A stretch of DNA of 64,000 nucleotides from the NCBI GenBank assembly GCA_002269645.1, contig NIVC01001433.1:62001-126000 (forward strand). Reading direction: 5' to 3'. The notes beneath the pieces were generated by a model. The model searched no databases and was not told the origin of the DNA. It worked only from the letters and a program-made list of their open reading frames with translations. The stretch is from Macrostomum lignano (taxonomy: Eukaryota). Shown here in pieces: positions 35,506 through 48,283 of this stretch. Numbering within the stretch: position 1 is the stretch's first letter; each line of letters starts with the position of its first letter. The position numbers and the translations under genes are program-made.

Positions 35506-37154
35506 GGAAGCGGTTTTCGGCATGAGAACCCTCAGCTGCGTACGCTTCGGCATTTGTCTTGTCCCTCTTGTGGACTCGCCGTCAAACCTCGATCTGACTC
35601 ATTCGTCCATAGGACGAACCTCTGCCGGTCCGCGGTCTGTCACCGACAATCATCTTCAGCATTGCCTGAACTACATCAGCGCCTCGTCGCTTCAGTGCAT
35701 CGCCGCTTCACAGCCTGCCTGTCTGCAGCCAACAGCCGCCCACGGTCACTCCATCGCTCTCTCTCTCTCTCTCTCTGTGCAGCTGCCAGTAAGTTCCTGT
35801 TACTAATTTGTGCTCTAATTGCCTTGCTTATCCGGTGTTTGCCTACTTTCCATTGCTTGATCAGAGAGCTGAGCCAATTGTGATACCGTACCTTTTGCTG
35901 TATTTATTCAATAGTGAAGCCGCCTAATTGCCTGCTTATTTGCCTAAGGGCCTAATTATTAACTATTAACTAACTTCATCATTATTCAATCTTTCACCAT
36001 CATTTAACTCATGGCTTGCTAAGCCTTTCTCTCGGGGTGGCTAAGCATAAGGAAGTTGGGTAAGCTAATGGCCTCTCCCCGTGCAAAGCCCGCCTGTGAG
36101 TGCGTGCTGCGGGTCGGAGTGTGCGTGCAGTAGAGGGATTAGCGAGTCTTGGCACAGAATGGCAGTAGCCCCATGCTGACGCGTCCCTTCGCCCTGAGCA
36201 ATCTAAACTATAGACAGTACATGTTCGCCTCATACTACTCTTAGTAATTGAAACCGCAAGTCAGCCTCGCTCACAGCCACAAAGGATCCCCTGCTGAGAA
36301 ATCCTCCAGACTGAGCCCAGAGTTCCCGATCATGCCCCAAGCAGAGTCCCTGTACTCGGCTGCATGTGTCTCCCCTGTTAGCCTAAATCCCCTGGTAACC
36401 AATCCAGGCGGGGCTCTAGCCTCGAGAGGTCTGGTAGTAAGATCTAGGTGCGCCAGGTCTGACCGAGTGGCCAACTATTGCACCTTGGCTACAGGTGGGG
36501 TCCATGTGGGTCCTTGGCCCTCTGGTCACGAAGCGCTACCAAAGCTATCAATCATGTGGGCGGGACAGTCTGATGCTGGAGGTCCGTCAGGTCATTGCCC
36601 GGTCATAGGCAGCCTGCGGTCATTGCCCCCTCTGGTCATGCGTTCATCTCTCAACGGAGCGGACGGGCGACAAGGGCGGTTACATCATATATACTCACTA
36701 AACTTTAAAAAAAATTTAACTTTAAAAAAAAATCCGAGACAAAGTTATAAGAAATAAGATGATCAAATTTCGATTTTTCAATGCCTTTTTTCAGTTAGTG
36801 ACTGATATGCAAGCATATCATAGGCATTTCTTAGATTTTCTCTAGCCTAGCTCTTGGGCTGGGGGCGATTTTGCTGAGGCCTGCCAAGTGAATTAAGTCG
36901 CGGCCGAGTAGAAATGAGTAGAAGGCGGGGAAGCTGGAGCTCGATCTAGCGAATCTGATTGTGCCCGACTGACTTCGAGAGCGACGCGACGATTCGCCGG
37001 CTCCCAGGAGAAAAGACAGGCTCGATCACAAGACACAAGCCAATCTTTACGTTTATGCCCGACTTGTCGAATTCGTTTAGCTGTCTCGCTGCTGCATGGG
37101 GTGACGAGTTGATTAGCTGACCGCCCTCTTGCTGGCTTTTTAATACTAAAGTCA

Positions 37155-38655
37155 GTGTTCTCTCTCTCCTCTCCCCCTCTCTCCTTCTCTCTCTCCTCTC
37201 CCCTCTCTCCTTCTCTCTCTCCTCTCCCCCCTCTCTCCTTCTCTCTCTCCTCTCCCCCCTCTCTCCTTCTATATCTCCTCTCCCCCCTCTCTCCTTCTCT
37301 CTCATTCTCTCTCTCCTCTCCCCCTCTCTCCTTCTCTCTCTCCTCTCCCCCTCTCTCCTTCTCTCTCTCCTCTCCCCCTCTCTCCTTCTATATCTCCTCT
37401 CCCCCCTCTCTCCTTCTCTCTCTCCTCTCCCCCCTCTCTCCTTCTCTCTCTCCTCTCCCCCCTCTCCTTCTCTCTCTCCTCTCCCCCCTCTCTCCTTCTC
37501 TCTCTCCTCTCCTCCCTCTCTCCTTCTCTCTCTCCTCTCCCCCTCTCTCCTTCTATATCTCCTCTCCCCCCTCTCTCCTTCTCTCTCATTCTCTCTCTCC
37601 TCTCCCCCCTCTCTCCTTCTCTCTCTCCTCTCCCCCCTCTCTCCTTCTCTCTCTCCTCTCCCCCCTCTCTCCTTCTCTCTCTCCTCTCCCCCCTCTCTCC
37701 TTCTCTCTCTCCTCTCCCCCTCTCTCCTTCTATATCTCCTCTCCCCCCTCTCTCCTTCTCTCTCATTCTCTCTCTCCTCTCCCCCCTCTCTCCTTCTCTC
37801 TCTCCTCTCCCCCCTCTCTCCTTCTCTCTCATTCTCTCTCTCCTCTCCCCCCTCTCTCCTTCTCTCTCGTTCTCTCTCTCCTCTCCCCCCTCTCTCCTTC
37901 TCTCTCTCCTCTCCCCCCTCTCTCCTTCTCTCTCTCCTCTCCCCCTCTCTCCTTCTATATCTCCTCTCCCCCCTCTCTCCTTCTCTCTCTCCTCTCCCCC
38001 CTCTCTCCTTCTATATCTCCTCTCCCCCTCTCTCCTTCTCTCTCTCCTCTCCCCCCTCTCCTTCTCTCTCTCCTCTCCCCCTCTCTCCTTCTATATCTCC
38101 TCTCCCCCTCTCTCCTTCTCTCTCTCCTCTCCCCCCTCTCTCCTTCTCCCTCCTTCTCTCTCTCCTCTCCCCCCTCTCTCCTTCTCTCTCATTCTCTCTC
38201 TCCTCTCCCCCCTCTCTCCTTCTCTCGCTCACTCTCTCCCCCTCTCCCCCTCTTCTCGCTAACTCTCTCATTTTCTTGCTCCCTTTCTCTCTCCTCTTTC
38301 CCCTCTCTCCGCTCTCTTTCTCTCTCTCTATATATATATATCTCCTTCTCTCTATCTCCCTCTATCTCACTCCCCCCTCTCTCCCCTCTCTCCTTCTCTC
38401 ACTCCCTCTCTCCCTCTATCTCACTCCCCCTCTCTCCTCTCGCACTTCCCTCAGCCTCTTTCTCTCCATTTCTCTCTCTCGCTTTGTTTCTCCCTCTCTT
38501 CCCCTTTACCTCCCTCTCTCTTCCCCTCTACCTCCCTCTCTCTTCTCTACCCTCCGTCTCTTTTTCTCCCTCTCCCGCTCCTTGTCCCTCTCTCTCCGTC
38601 TCTCGCACTCTTTCTCAATTCCTCTCTCCCACTTCTCTCTCTTTCCCTCTCACCT
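37155..38655 (+). repeat. CT-rich simple/minisatellite repeat
   Basis: About 1.5 kb of ctctctcctctcccccctctctccttct variants. Confidence 0.95.
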
Positions 38656-39274
38656 GATCTCGCTCCCAATTTAACTATTACCTCGTAAACTGAACTTATG
38701 AACTGTCACACGTGTGACAGAGGTCGGTCACACCTGAATCAGTCGGTTTCTGGGCCGACTTTCGCCTTATTGAAAGCGTGACGAGCATAAGCGTGAGGCC
38801 AACTCACCAGGGTTTTGGAGATCTGTACCAGCAGATGGGCCGCTCGGTTTGAACACTTCCTGTCGATCAACCCGACAATCTGGCGGATCTGCTGTAGCTA
38901 CTGACAGCTGTTGAACCGACATGGCCTGTCAGGCAATGCTAATTATCAATCGAAAAGGCGGAAGCTTTTAACTGGCTAGCTTGGAGGGAAAAATTATATA
39001 GCTTTTGTAGATTTGCTATCAGGGGCTTAGTGTGTGTGCGCCTCGCGCCTGCCCGATGCCCACCCCCCATTGCTCTAGCTCTACCTACCAAGCTCGGAAC
39101 TCTACAAGCGATGAAAGCTCATTGGCTCCCGCCATAGGGGCGCATATTGTAACTCTCTATGCATATGTGTATATTGTATGTAGTTTAGTGAGTTAATACT
39201 GCTTAGAAAGTCAGTTCAGTCAGACGGATAACACGAAACAAAAGTACATGCTTAAGTGCATGGGTGATTTCAGT

Positions 39275-39396
39275 GCATGAGCGATTATTCTGTGGGATTT
39301 CAGTGTGCATGAGCGATTATTCTGTGGGATTTCAGTGTGTATGAGCGATTATTCTGTGGGATTTAGTGTGCATGAGCGATTATTCTGTGGGATTTG
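39275..39396 (+). repeat. About 32-bp repeat x4, gcatgagcgattattctgtgggatttcagtgt
   Basis: Four tandem copies. Confidence 0.8.
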
Positions 39397-39754
39397 GCAC
39401 ATCAGCCCACAGTTAGTTCAACCTAAAAAGAAAATACATCGTGTAATATAAATAGATGTGGGATGCTGGATGCCGTGAGAGCATGCGTATAGAAGGATCA
39501 GCAATAATTGAATGGAGCAGATCATAAAAGCTATCAAATTGGCTGGGCTAGTGGACTTTGTACTGTGCGCACTTGCCATCAGCCCAGCTGATTGCAGGTT
39601 CATTTGGGTGCCTGCCCGGCTTACTTAACCGACACTGAACTGACGCCTGAATACTGTTGTAGCTCAAAATTGAGTTTTGAGTTGCTTGATAGCAGAGGGA
39701 GATCGATTTGAGTCAAGTACGGAGAAGCGTCCACGAGCTCAATATGCAAGAATA

Positions 39755-40320
39755 GGACTATCACCAGAATACCTGAGCTCATCAATAACCAAGAATAGAG
39801 CTGCGTCACCAGAATACCTGAGCTCATCAATAACCAAGAATAGAGCTGCGTCACCAGAATACCTGAGCTGATCAATAACCAAGAATAGAGCTGCGTCACC
39901 AGAATACCTGAGCTGATCAACAACCAAGAATAGAGCTGCGTTACCAGAATACCTGAGCTGATCAACAACCAAGAATAGAGCTGCGTCACCAGAATACCTG
40001 AGCTCATCAATAACCAAGAATAGAGCTGCGTCACCAGAATACCTGAGCTCATCAATAACCAAGAATAGAACTGCGTCACCAGAATACCTGAGCTCATCAA
40101 TAACCAAGAATAGAACTGCGTCACCAGAATACCTGAGCTCATCAATAACCAAGAATAGAGCTGCGTCACCAGAATACCTGAGCTCATCAATAACCAAGAA
40201 TAGAACTGCGTCACCAGAATACCTGAGCTCATCAATAACCAAGAATAGAACTGCGTCATCAGAATACCTGAGCTCATCAATAATCAAGAATAGAGCTGCG
40301 TCATCAGAATACCTGAGCTC
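39755..40320 (+). repeat. 45-bp minisatellite caccagaatacctgagctcatcaataaccaagaatagagctgcgt
   Basis: About 12 copies, no spacers. Confidence 0.93.
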
Positions 40321-40784
40321 AATGTTCGAAAATTGAAGACTTAAAATTAGGTTCAAAGAAAGAGTGGTAGCAACCAAACTGAGGGTACATAAATGAGTTA
40401 AGCCTTTCGAATCCTCATCAAATATTTGTATGCTTCATCAATGAGAATATTAGCAATTACTATAAATTGTAGTTATACATATTTATTGTCAATTTTTCGG
40501 CTTTCGCCAATAGCAAACAGGCCAGTTTACAGGGGAGACGTAGAGCAAAAGTACAAATGACTGACTTCATGAAACAAACAGTATTCCCTGTGCATGGCAA
40601 CAAGCATAAACTGGCCAGGCACTACCAACGACTACTTAACTTAATGGCTCCTTATAAATATTTAATCAACTGGATGTCACGTTTAAAATATTTTCAACTT
40701 ACGAAACGTTTCTCGGAATAGTTAATTATACAATCTAACCGATTAAACACGCGAAACTAAACAGAAATTATGCACATTTGAATT

Positions 40785-41345
40785 GAATCAGGGATTTTTT
40801 TAAGTGATTAAGGGATGTTTTTAGGTGACTCAGGGATGTTTTTAGGTGACTCAGGGATGCTTTTAAGTGACTCAGGGATGTTTTTAAGTGATTAAGGGAT
40901 GTTTTTAGGTGACTCAGGGATGTTTTTAGGTGACTCAGGGATGCTTTTAAGTGACTCAGGGATGTTTTTAAGTGATTAAGGGATGTTTTTAGGTGACTCA
41001 GGGATGTTTTTAGGTGACTCAGGGATGCTTTTAAGTGACTCAGGGATGTTTTAAGTGATTGAGGGATGTTTTTAGGTGACTCAGGAATGTTTTTAGGTGA
41101 CTCAGGATGTTTTTAAGTGACTCAGGGATGTTTTTAAGTGACTCAGGGATGTTTTTAAGTGATTAAGGGATGTTTTTAGGTGACTCAGGGATGCTTTTAG
41201 GTGACTCAGGGATGCTTTTAAGTGACTCAGGGATGTTTTTAAGTGATTGAGGGATGTTTTTAGGTGACTCAGGGATGCTTTCAAGAGACTCAAGGGTGTT
41301 TTAAAGAGACCCAGGATGATTTTTTCAATCAACTCAGGGATGTTC
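40785..41345 (+). repeat. 21-bp minisatellite gtgactcagggatgtttttag
   Basis: Tandem units, briefly interrupted at about 41080-41105. Confidence 0.9.
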
Positions 41346-41451
41346 TTAAGTGACCCAGGAAAGCGTCCCACATCATTGATTAAAAATGTCAAGCTCGCAG
41401 GCAACACATTGAAATTTCAATGCTTTGGAGAATAAATTTGAAATTGCTAGA

Positions 41452-44400
41452 CTACTCAGAAGATGCAGTCGGTGGAGGCGGTGGAGGCGGCGGTGGTGGC
41501 ATCATTTCTGCGTCCGTCGATGACGATGCAGCGCTGGTGGCAGCTCCGACACTCTCGGAGAGCGCAGTTGGCTCCTCAGGCATTGGCGGCGGCTTGCCGT
41601 AGTTGGGATTAGGCACGGAGGTGTCCACCTGCCAGACCTGGACAAGGGTCTCGCTCAACGGTATCATCTGCGGCAGAATTTCGTCAACGTGCAAATCCTG
41701 CAACTCGAACCATTTCTCCGTACTGGAGTGCTGCAGGTGCACCCTGTAGGTGCCGCTCACAGGGGTGCCTGGCGATTGGATTTGGGGTGGGTATCATGGG
41801 GAGCATGCGGCGCCAAAGGCGATGGAAAGTCTTGAACTTGAGATGCGATAAGAGAAGGGAACGGAGTGACAAGAATAGTCAGCGAGTGAGACACAGAGTG
41901 ACAAGTATAGTCAGCGAGTGAGACACAGAGTGACAAGAATAGTCAGCGAGTGAGACGCAGAGTGACAAGAATAGTCAGCGAGTGAGACACAGAGTGACAA
42001 GAATTGTCAGCGATTGAGACACAGTGACAAGAATAGTCAGCGAGTGAGACAAAGAGTGATAAGGCTAGTAAGCCAGTGAGACACATAGTGACAAGAATAG
42101 TTAGCGACTGAGACACAATGACAAGAATAGTCAGCGAGTGAGACAAAGAGTGACAAGAACAGACACAGGAAAATGAGACACAGAGTGACAAGAAAAGACA
42201 CAGGAAAATGAGACACAGAGTGACAAGAACAGACACAGGAAAATGAGGCACAGAGTGACAAGAACAGACGCGGGAAAATGAGACACTGAGTGACAAGAAC
42301 AGACGCGGGAAAATGAGACAGAGTGACAAGAACAGATACAGGAAAAAGAGACAGAGTGACAAGAACAGACGCGGGAAAATGAGACACAGAGTGACAAGAA
42401 CAGACGCGGGAAAATGAGACACAGAGTGACAAGAACAGACACAGGAAAATGAGGCACAGAGTGACAAGAACAGACACAGGAAAATGAGACAGAGTGACAA
42501 GAACAGACACAGGAAAATGAGACACAGAGCGACAAGAACAGACACAGGAAAATGAGACACAGAGCGACAAGAACAGACACAGGAAAATGAGACACAGAGC
42601 GACAAGAACAGACACAGGAAAATGAGACACAGAGTGACAAGAACAGACACAGGAAAATGAGGCACAGAGTGACAAGAACAGACACAGGAAAATGAGGCAC
42701 AGAGTGACAAGAACAGACGCGGGAAAATGAGACAGAGTGACAAGAACAGATACAGGAAAAAGAGACAGAGTGACAAGAACAGATACAGGAAAAAGAGACA
42801 GAGTGACAAGAACAGATACAGGAAAAAGAGACAGAGTGACAAGAACAGACACAGGAAAATGAGACAGAGTGACAAGAACAGATACAGGAAAAAGAGACAA
42901 GAACAGACACAGGAAAATGAGACACAGAGCGACAAGAACAGACACAGGAAAATGAGACACAGAGTGACAAGAACAGACGCGGGAAAATGAGACAGAGTGA
43001 CAAGAACAGACACAGGAAAATGAGACAGAGTGACAAGAACAGACGCGGGAAAATGAGACAGAGTGACAAGAACAGATACAGGAAAATGAGACAGAGTGAC
43101 AAGAACAGACGCGGGAAAATGAGACACAGAGTGACAAGAACAGATACAGGAAAATGAGACAGAGTGACAAGAACAGACACAGGAAAATGAGACACAGAGA
43201 CTCAGGGAACAGACTCTGTGTCTGTTCTTCACCTTGAAGAACAGGCACAGGAAAATGAGACACAGAGTGACAAGAACAGACACAGGAAAATGAGACACAG
43301 AGTGACAAGAACAGACACAGGAAAATGAGACACAGAGTGACAAGACTGAGGGACTGAGAATATGCTAAGGAACTCACCGTCATGCACCACGTTGGCAACC
43401 AAGTTGTAGGTGGTGAACTGGTGTTTAGCCCTGGTCCACGGGTCCAACAAGTCGCCAAAATCAACTCCGCGAACGGGAAAATTTACAATAGTGGGATTTT
43501 TCTCCCGAGTGAATAGATTCTTGACGAAGCGTTTGACATAGAGCAGAATGTACTGGGGCAGCTTGATCAGCTGGAACCGCTTCATAGTGGAGTCTTTGTG
43601 CGTCTTGTACTCTTTTTTGGCGACGCCGTTAAACTTGGACAATATGCTGGACAGTGGCACCTGTGGGTTAAATAATTAAATGTCAGTCACTAGCCTTAGA
43701 GCTAAAGTATACAGTACTAAATTATGTGCCCTGGGTCATATAAATATCAGTTTTGCCCATATTTATCTTGAATATCCTGAATACTGAGCACTCTGAATAC
43801 CCCTGAGCACCCTAAATATTCCCCCTGAGCACCCTGAATATTCCCCCTGAGCACCCTGAATATTCACCCCTAAAAACCCTGAATATTTCCCCTGAGCACC
43901 CTGAATATTCTCTCTAAGCACCCTGAATATTCGCCCCTAAAAACCCTGAATATTCCCCCTGAGCACCCTGAATATTCACCCCTAAAAACCCTGAATATTT
44001 CCCCTGAGCACCCTGAATATTCTCTCTGAGCACCCTGAATATTCGCCCCTAAAAACCCTGAATATTTCCCCTGAGCACCCTGAATATTCTCCCTGAGCAC
44101 CCTGAATATTCGCCCCTAAAAACCCTGAATATTTCCCCTGAGCACCCTGAATATTCTCCCTAAGCACCCTGAATATTCGCCCCTAAAAACCCCGAATATT
44201 CCCCTGAGCACCCTGAATACTACCCCTGAGCACCCTGAATATTCCCCCTGAGCACCTTGAATATTCGCCCCTAAAAACCCCGAATATTTCCCCTGAGCAC
44301 CCTGAATATTCGCCCCTAAAAACCCTGAATATTTCCCCTGAGCACCCTGAATATTCTCCCTAAGCACCCTGAATATTCGCCCCTAAAAACCCCGAATATT

Positions 44401-47400
44401 CCCCTGAGCACCCTGAATACTACCCCTGAGCACCCTGAATATTCCCCCTGAGCACCTTGAATATTCGCCCCTAAAAACCCCGAATATTCCCCTAAGCACC
44501 CTGAATACTACCCCTGAGCACCCTGTATATTCCCCCTGAGCACCCTGAATATTCGCCCCTCAAAACCCTCAATATTCCCCCCTGAGCGCCCTGAATATTT
44601 GCCCCTAAAAACCCTGAATATTCCCCCTGAGCACCCTGAATATTCACCCTGAGCACCCTGAATACTCCCCCTGAGCACCCTGAAGCACATGACACTCCAA
44701 CAGTACTACTAGCAGGCTATCCAGTACATACGAAAATCAATACGATATATTACAATAACTGAAAACCCAAACTATTCTCACCTGCGGAATGAGCTTCTCT
44801 TTCATCTCGTCCGGATACAGCGGAGGCGGCGGCAGGTCGCAGGTTAAAAACAAGAAATGCGACTCCTCAACTTTCTCCGTGTATTCGTCCGTGTGAGCGA
44901 GAAGCAGTCGCTGCTCCTCTGTGAGCTCGACTGGGATCACCTGTTGATAAAAAAAAATAAACGGTACGAGTAACTATCAATTTAGTTCAATGGGCAAATG
45001 CCTCGGCATCTAATTAGTATTAATATTAGGGAAATTGCCTTACCTTGTGACTATAGATCCTCATTTTGCCGCGAAAAGTCTTATTAACAATTGAACTGTT
45101 GACAGACTTAGTGCCGTTAAGACCCATATGAAGAGTGTTGAGCAGCCAGGACATAAAATCTACAGCGTCGCTTTGCACTGTGAATTGGAATCGTTTCTTG
45201 CTGCAGAGTACGACCGCCTGGGGAGAGAAATTGGGTGCACTTTTAATAGATGGACGTTGATTGTGGGACTGGCGCTCTGAACAGGTGGGTGTAGGTGTGG
45301 CATTCATTCTGCTCAGAGGGTGATGTTCAGGGTGTTCAGAAATATGGATTTTCAGGGGCTGGTGCTCAGGAATATGGATTCTTATCCCAGGGACTGTTGC
45401 ACAGTGAATGGTGCTTAGGGACTGGTGCTCAGAGGCTGGTGCTCAGGGACTGGTGCTCAGAGGCTGGTGCTCAGGGACTGGTGCTCAGAGGCTGGTGCTT
45501 AGGGACTGGTGCTCAGAGGCTGGTGCTCAGGGACAGGTGCTCAGAGGCTGGTGCTCAGAGGCTGGTGCTCAGGGACTGGTGCTCAGGGACTGGTGCTCAG
45601 AGGCTGGTGCTCAGGGACAGGTGCTCAGAGGCTGGTGCTCAGGGACAGGTGCTCAGAGGCTGGTGCTCAGGGACTGGTGCTCAGGGACTGGTGCTCAGAG
45701 GCTGGTGCTCAGGGACTGGTGCTCAGAGGCTGGTGCTCAGGGACTGGTGCTCAGAGGCTGGTGCTCAGGGACTGGTGCTCAGAGGCTGGTGCTCAGGGGC
45801 TGGTGCTCAGGGACTGATGCTTAGGGACTGGTGCTCAGAGGCTGGTGCTCAGGGTCTGGTGCTCAGGGGCTGGTGCTCAGAGGCTGGTGCTCAGGGACTG
45901 GTGCTCAGAGGCTGGTGCTCAGGGACTAGTGCTCAGGGACTGGTGCTCAGGGGCTGGTGTCAGGGACTGATGCTTAGGGACTGGTGCTCAGAGGCTGGTG
46001 CTCAGAGGCTGGTGCTCAGAGGCTGGTGCTCAGAGGCTGGTGCTCAGGGGCTGGTGCTCAGGGACTAGTGCTCAGGGTACCGTCAGCGTACCTGGAGAAA
46101 CTCGTGCGGCGACACGTGGGCTTTGAAGTTGCGCGGGTTCCAGAGCTTGCGCAGCAGCTCCCCGAAGCGTCGAACCAGCAGGCTGGCCCGGTCTCCGGGC
46201 GGCCTCGGCAGCCCAATGTAGTTCTGCTCCCGAAGAAAATAATTACGCAAAGGCGTTGCCCTGGACAGAATATGAATAATAACACTGCAATAGTCGCTAG
46301 CTTTGAGATTGTTCAGGCCGACAATGCCCGGATAATATGGACTGCCGTCGTGAGCTCGGACCATTCGAGTATCCGAGTCCATTCGAGCGATATAAGCTCG
46401 GGAATAGGTGGGATTAGCCAGGTAGATGATGTCCTGCAGCGACGGGTGTACGAACTCGTAATCGTCTGGCAGGCAGTAGAATTTATGAGTCTCCAGATTG
46501 AGAAACACGTAGTGACCCATCGCCATGCTGTGGGTGTGGGCGTGCGTGCCCTTGCCGCGACCCTGGGAAGAAGGAATGGGGAGAGATGTCCCATCTTTGT
46601 AAAATAAGGTAACTTACTACTCGTGGGTTCCCTCTCTCAAATCTTCGCTCCCATCTTTTTGAATCCTAAATCGCATCCTCTGGGTCTTAGATCTCTTTTA
46701 AGCTTACAACCTTGGATCCCATCCCCCGAATCCTAGATCCCATCCCCCGAAAGCAAGATACCACCCCCCGAATCCTAGTTCCCATCCCCCCGAATCCTAG
46801 ACCCCATCCCCGGAATCCTAGATCCCATCTCCCGAAAGCAAGATACCACCCCCCGAATCCTAGAATCCTAGTTCCCATCCCCCGAATCCTAGACCCCATC
46901 CCCGGAATCCTAGATCCCATCTCCCGAAAGCAAGATACCACCCCCCGAATCCTAGAATCCTAGTTCCCATCCCCCGAATCCTAGACCCCATCCCCGGAAT
47001 CCTAGATCCCATCCCCGGAATCCTAGATCTCATCCCCCAACTCCTAGACCCCACCCCCTGAATCCTAGATCCCATCCTCTGAATGCAAGATACCACCCCC
47101 CGAATCCTAGTTCCCATCCCCCCGAATCCTAGACCCCATCCCCGGAATCCTAGATCCCATCTCCCGAAAGCAAGATACCACCCCCCGAATCCTAGAATCC
47201 TAGTTCCCATCCCCCCGAATCCTAGACCCCATCTCCGGAATCCTAGATCCCATCCCCCGAAAGCAAGATACCACCCACCGAATCCTAGACCCCATCCCCG
47301 GAATCCTAGATCCCATCTCCCGAAAGCAAGATACCACCCCCGAATCCTAGAATCCTAGTTCCCATCCCCCGAATCCTAGACCCCATCCCCGGAATCCTAG

Positions 47401-47949
47401 ATCCCATCCCCGGAATCCTAGATCTCATCCCCCAACTCCTAGACCCCACCCCCTGAATCCTAGATCCCATCCTCTGAATGCAAGATACCACCGCCCGAAT
47501 CCTAGTTCCCATCCCCCCGAATCCTAGACCCCATCCCCGGAATCATAAACCCCATCCTCCGAATCCTAAACCTCATCATCCAAATCCTAACCCCTATCCC
47601 TTAAATCCTAAACCCCATCCCCAAATCGCAGCCTCACCTGAAAATACTTCCCGCACACCAGGCAAGCGTAGACATTCAGATGCGACAGTGACACGGAGCA
47701 CAGCTTCTCAAAATCGAAATCCAATCGATTCCGATCGATGGTGTCCAAATATGGGCAGTGCCGGCTTCGCTCATCAGTTCCGGGTTTACGATCTTCAGCC
47801 TCAGTTTTGAACTCAGTCAATCCATTATTGTCCAACTCATCCTTTGCCTCCTGCTTGATTGGCTGGTCAAGTTTAGCCAGTTTAGTCGGCGGTTCGCCTT
47901 CGCCATTACCATTTTGACCTTCAGCTTCACTGCTTTGTTTGGAATCCAT
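41452..47949 (-). CDS. USP39: U4/U6.U5 tri-snRNP-associated protein 2 (Sad1; ZnF-UBP plus inactive USP domain); exons 47949-47638, 46562-46092, 45217-45044, 44940-44782, 43660-43378, 41768-41452
   Basis: RHCPYLDTIDR..LDFDFEKLCSVSLSHLNVYACLVCGKYFQ|GRG; FYCLPDDYE; YYPGIVGLNNLKASDY; LWNPRNFKAHVSPHEFLQ; DLPPPPLY; EKNPTIVNFP; WFELQDLHV..LPQMI. Five GT-AG introns with phases 0,0,0,0,1. Confidence 0.95.
41865..43345 (+). repeat. 32-bp, then 33/35-bp related minisatellites (core gagacacagagtgacaagaa) in USP39 intron 5
   Basis: Tandem units. Confidence 0.93.
43790..44685 (+). repeat. About 22-bp minisatellite ccccctgagcaccctgaatatt (USP39 intron 4)
   Basis: Tandem units with cctaaaaacc variants. Confidence 0.92.
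45345..46077 (+). repeat. 14-bp minisatellite ggtgctcagggact/ggtgctcagaggct (USP39 intron 2)
   Basis: Tandem units. Confidence 0.93.
46710..47600 (+). repeat. Compound minisatellite of about 21 bp, atcccatccccggaatcctag (USP39 intron 1)
   Basis: Tandem and higher-order units. Confidence 0.88.
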
Positions 47950-48283
47950 GCTGCAGATTGGGTCCAAAATTGTAATTTACGCTACTGATAGTAGGTTAGG
48001 GCTGGTAAAATGTGACTAGATTATTATTCAGGGTGTCGACGGCCTCCTTTATATTATTTATTCTCCTTTATTTGGCTCTGCCCCTCCTTCATCTCCTTCA
48101 TTTGGACAAAATCTCCTTTATTATTGTTGTATTTTGTACAGTTTTGTACATTTGTGTACTTTTTGTACAATTATAACTCTCAACTGATATAATGTTCTGC
48201 ATCAAAATAGTAGCAATAAATTTTTATAAACTGTCTAGCACGCCTGCAGCTACCTGTAGACCACCTGGTGCAGGTTTGTATGG

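Noticed and set aside
46300-46330. USP39 lacks the catalytic Cys (ASDY)
   Set aside because: Established property of the USP39/Sad1 pseudo-deubiquitinase; not novel.
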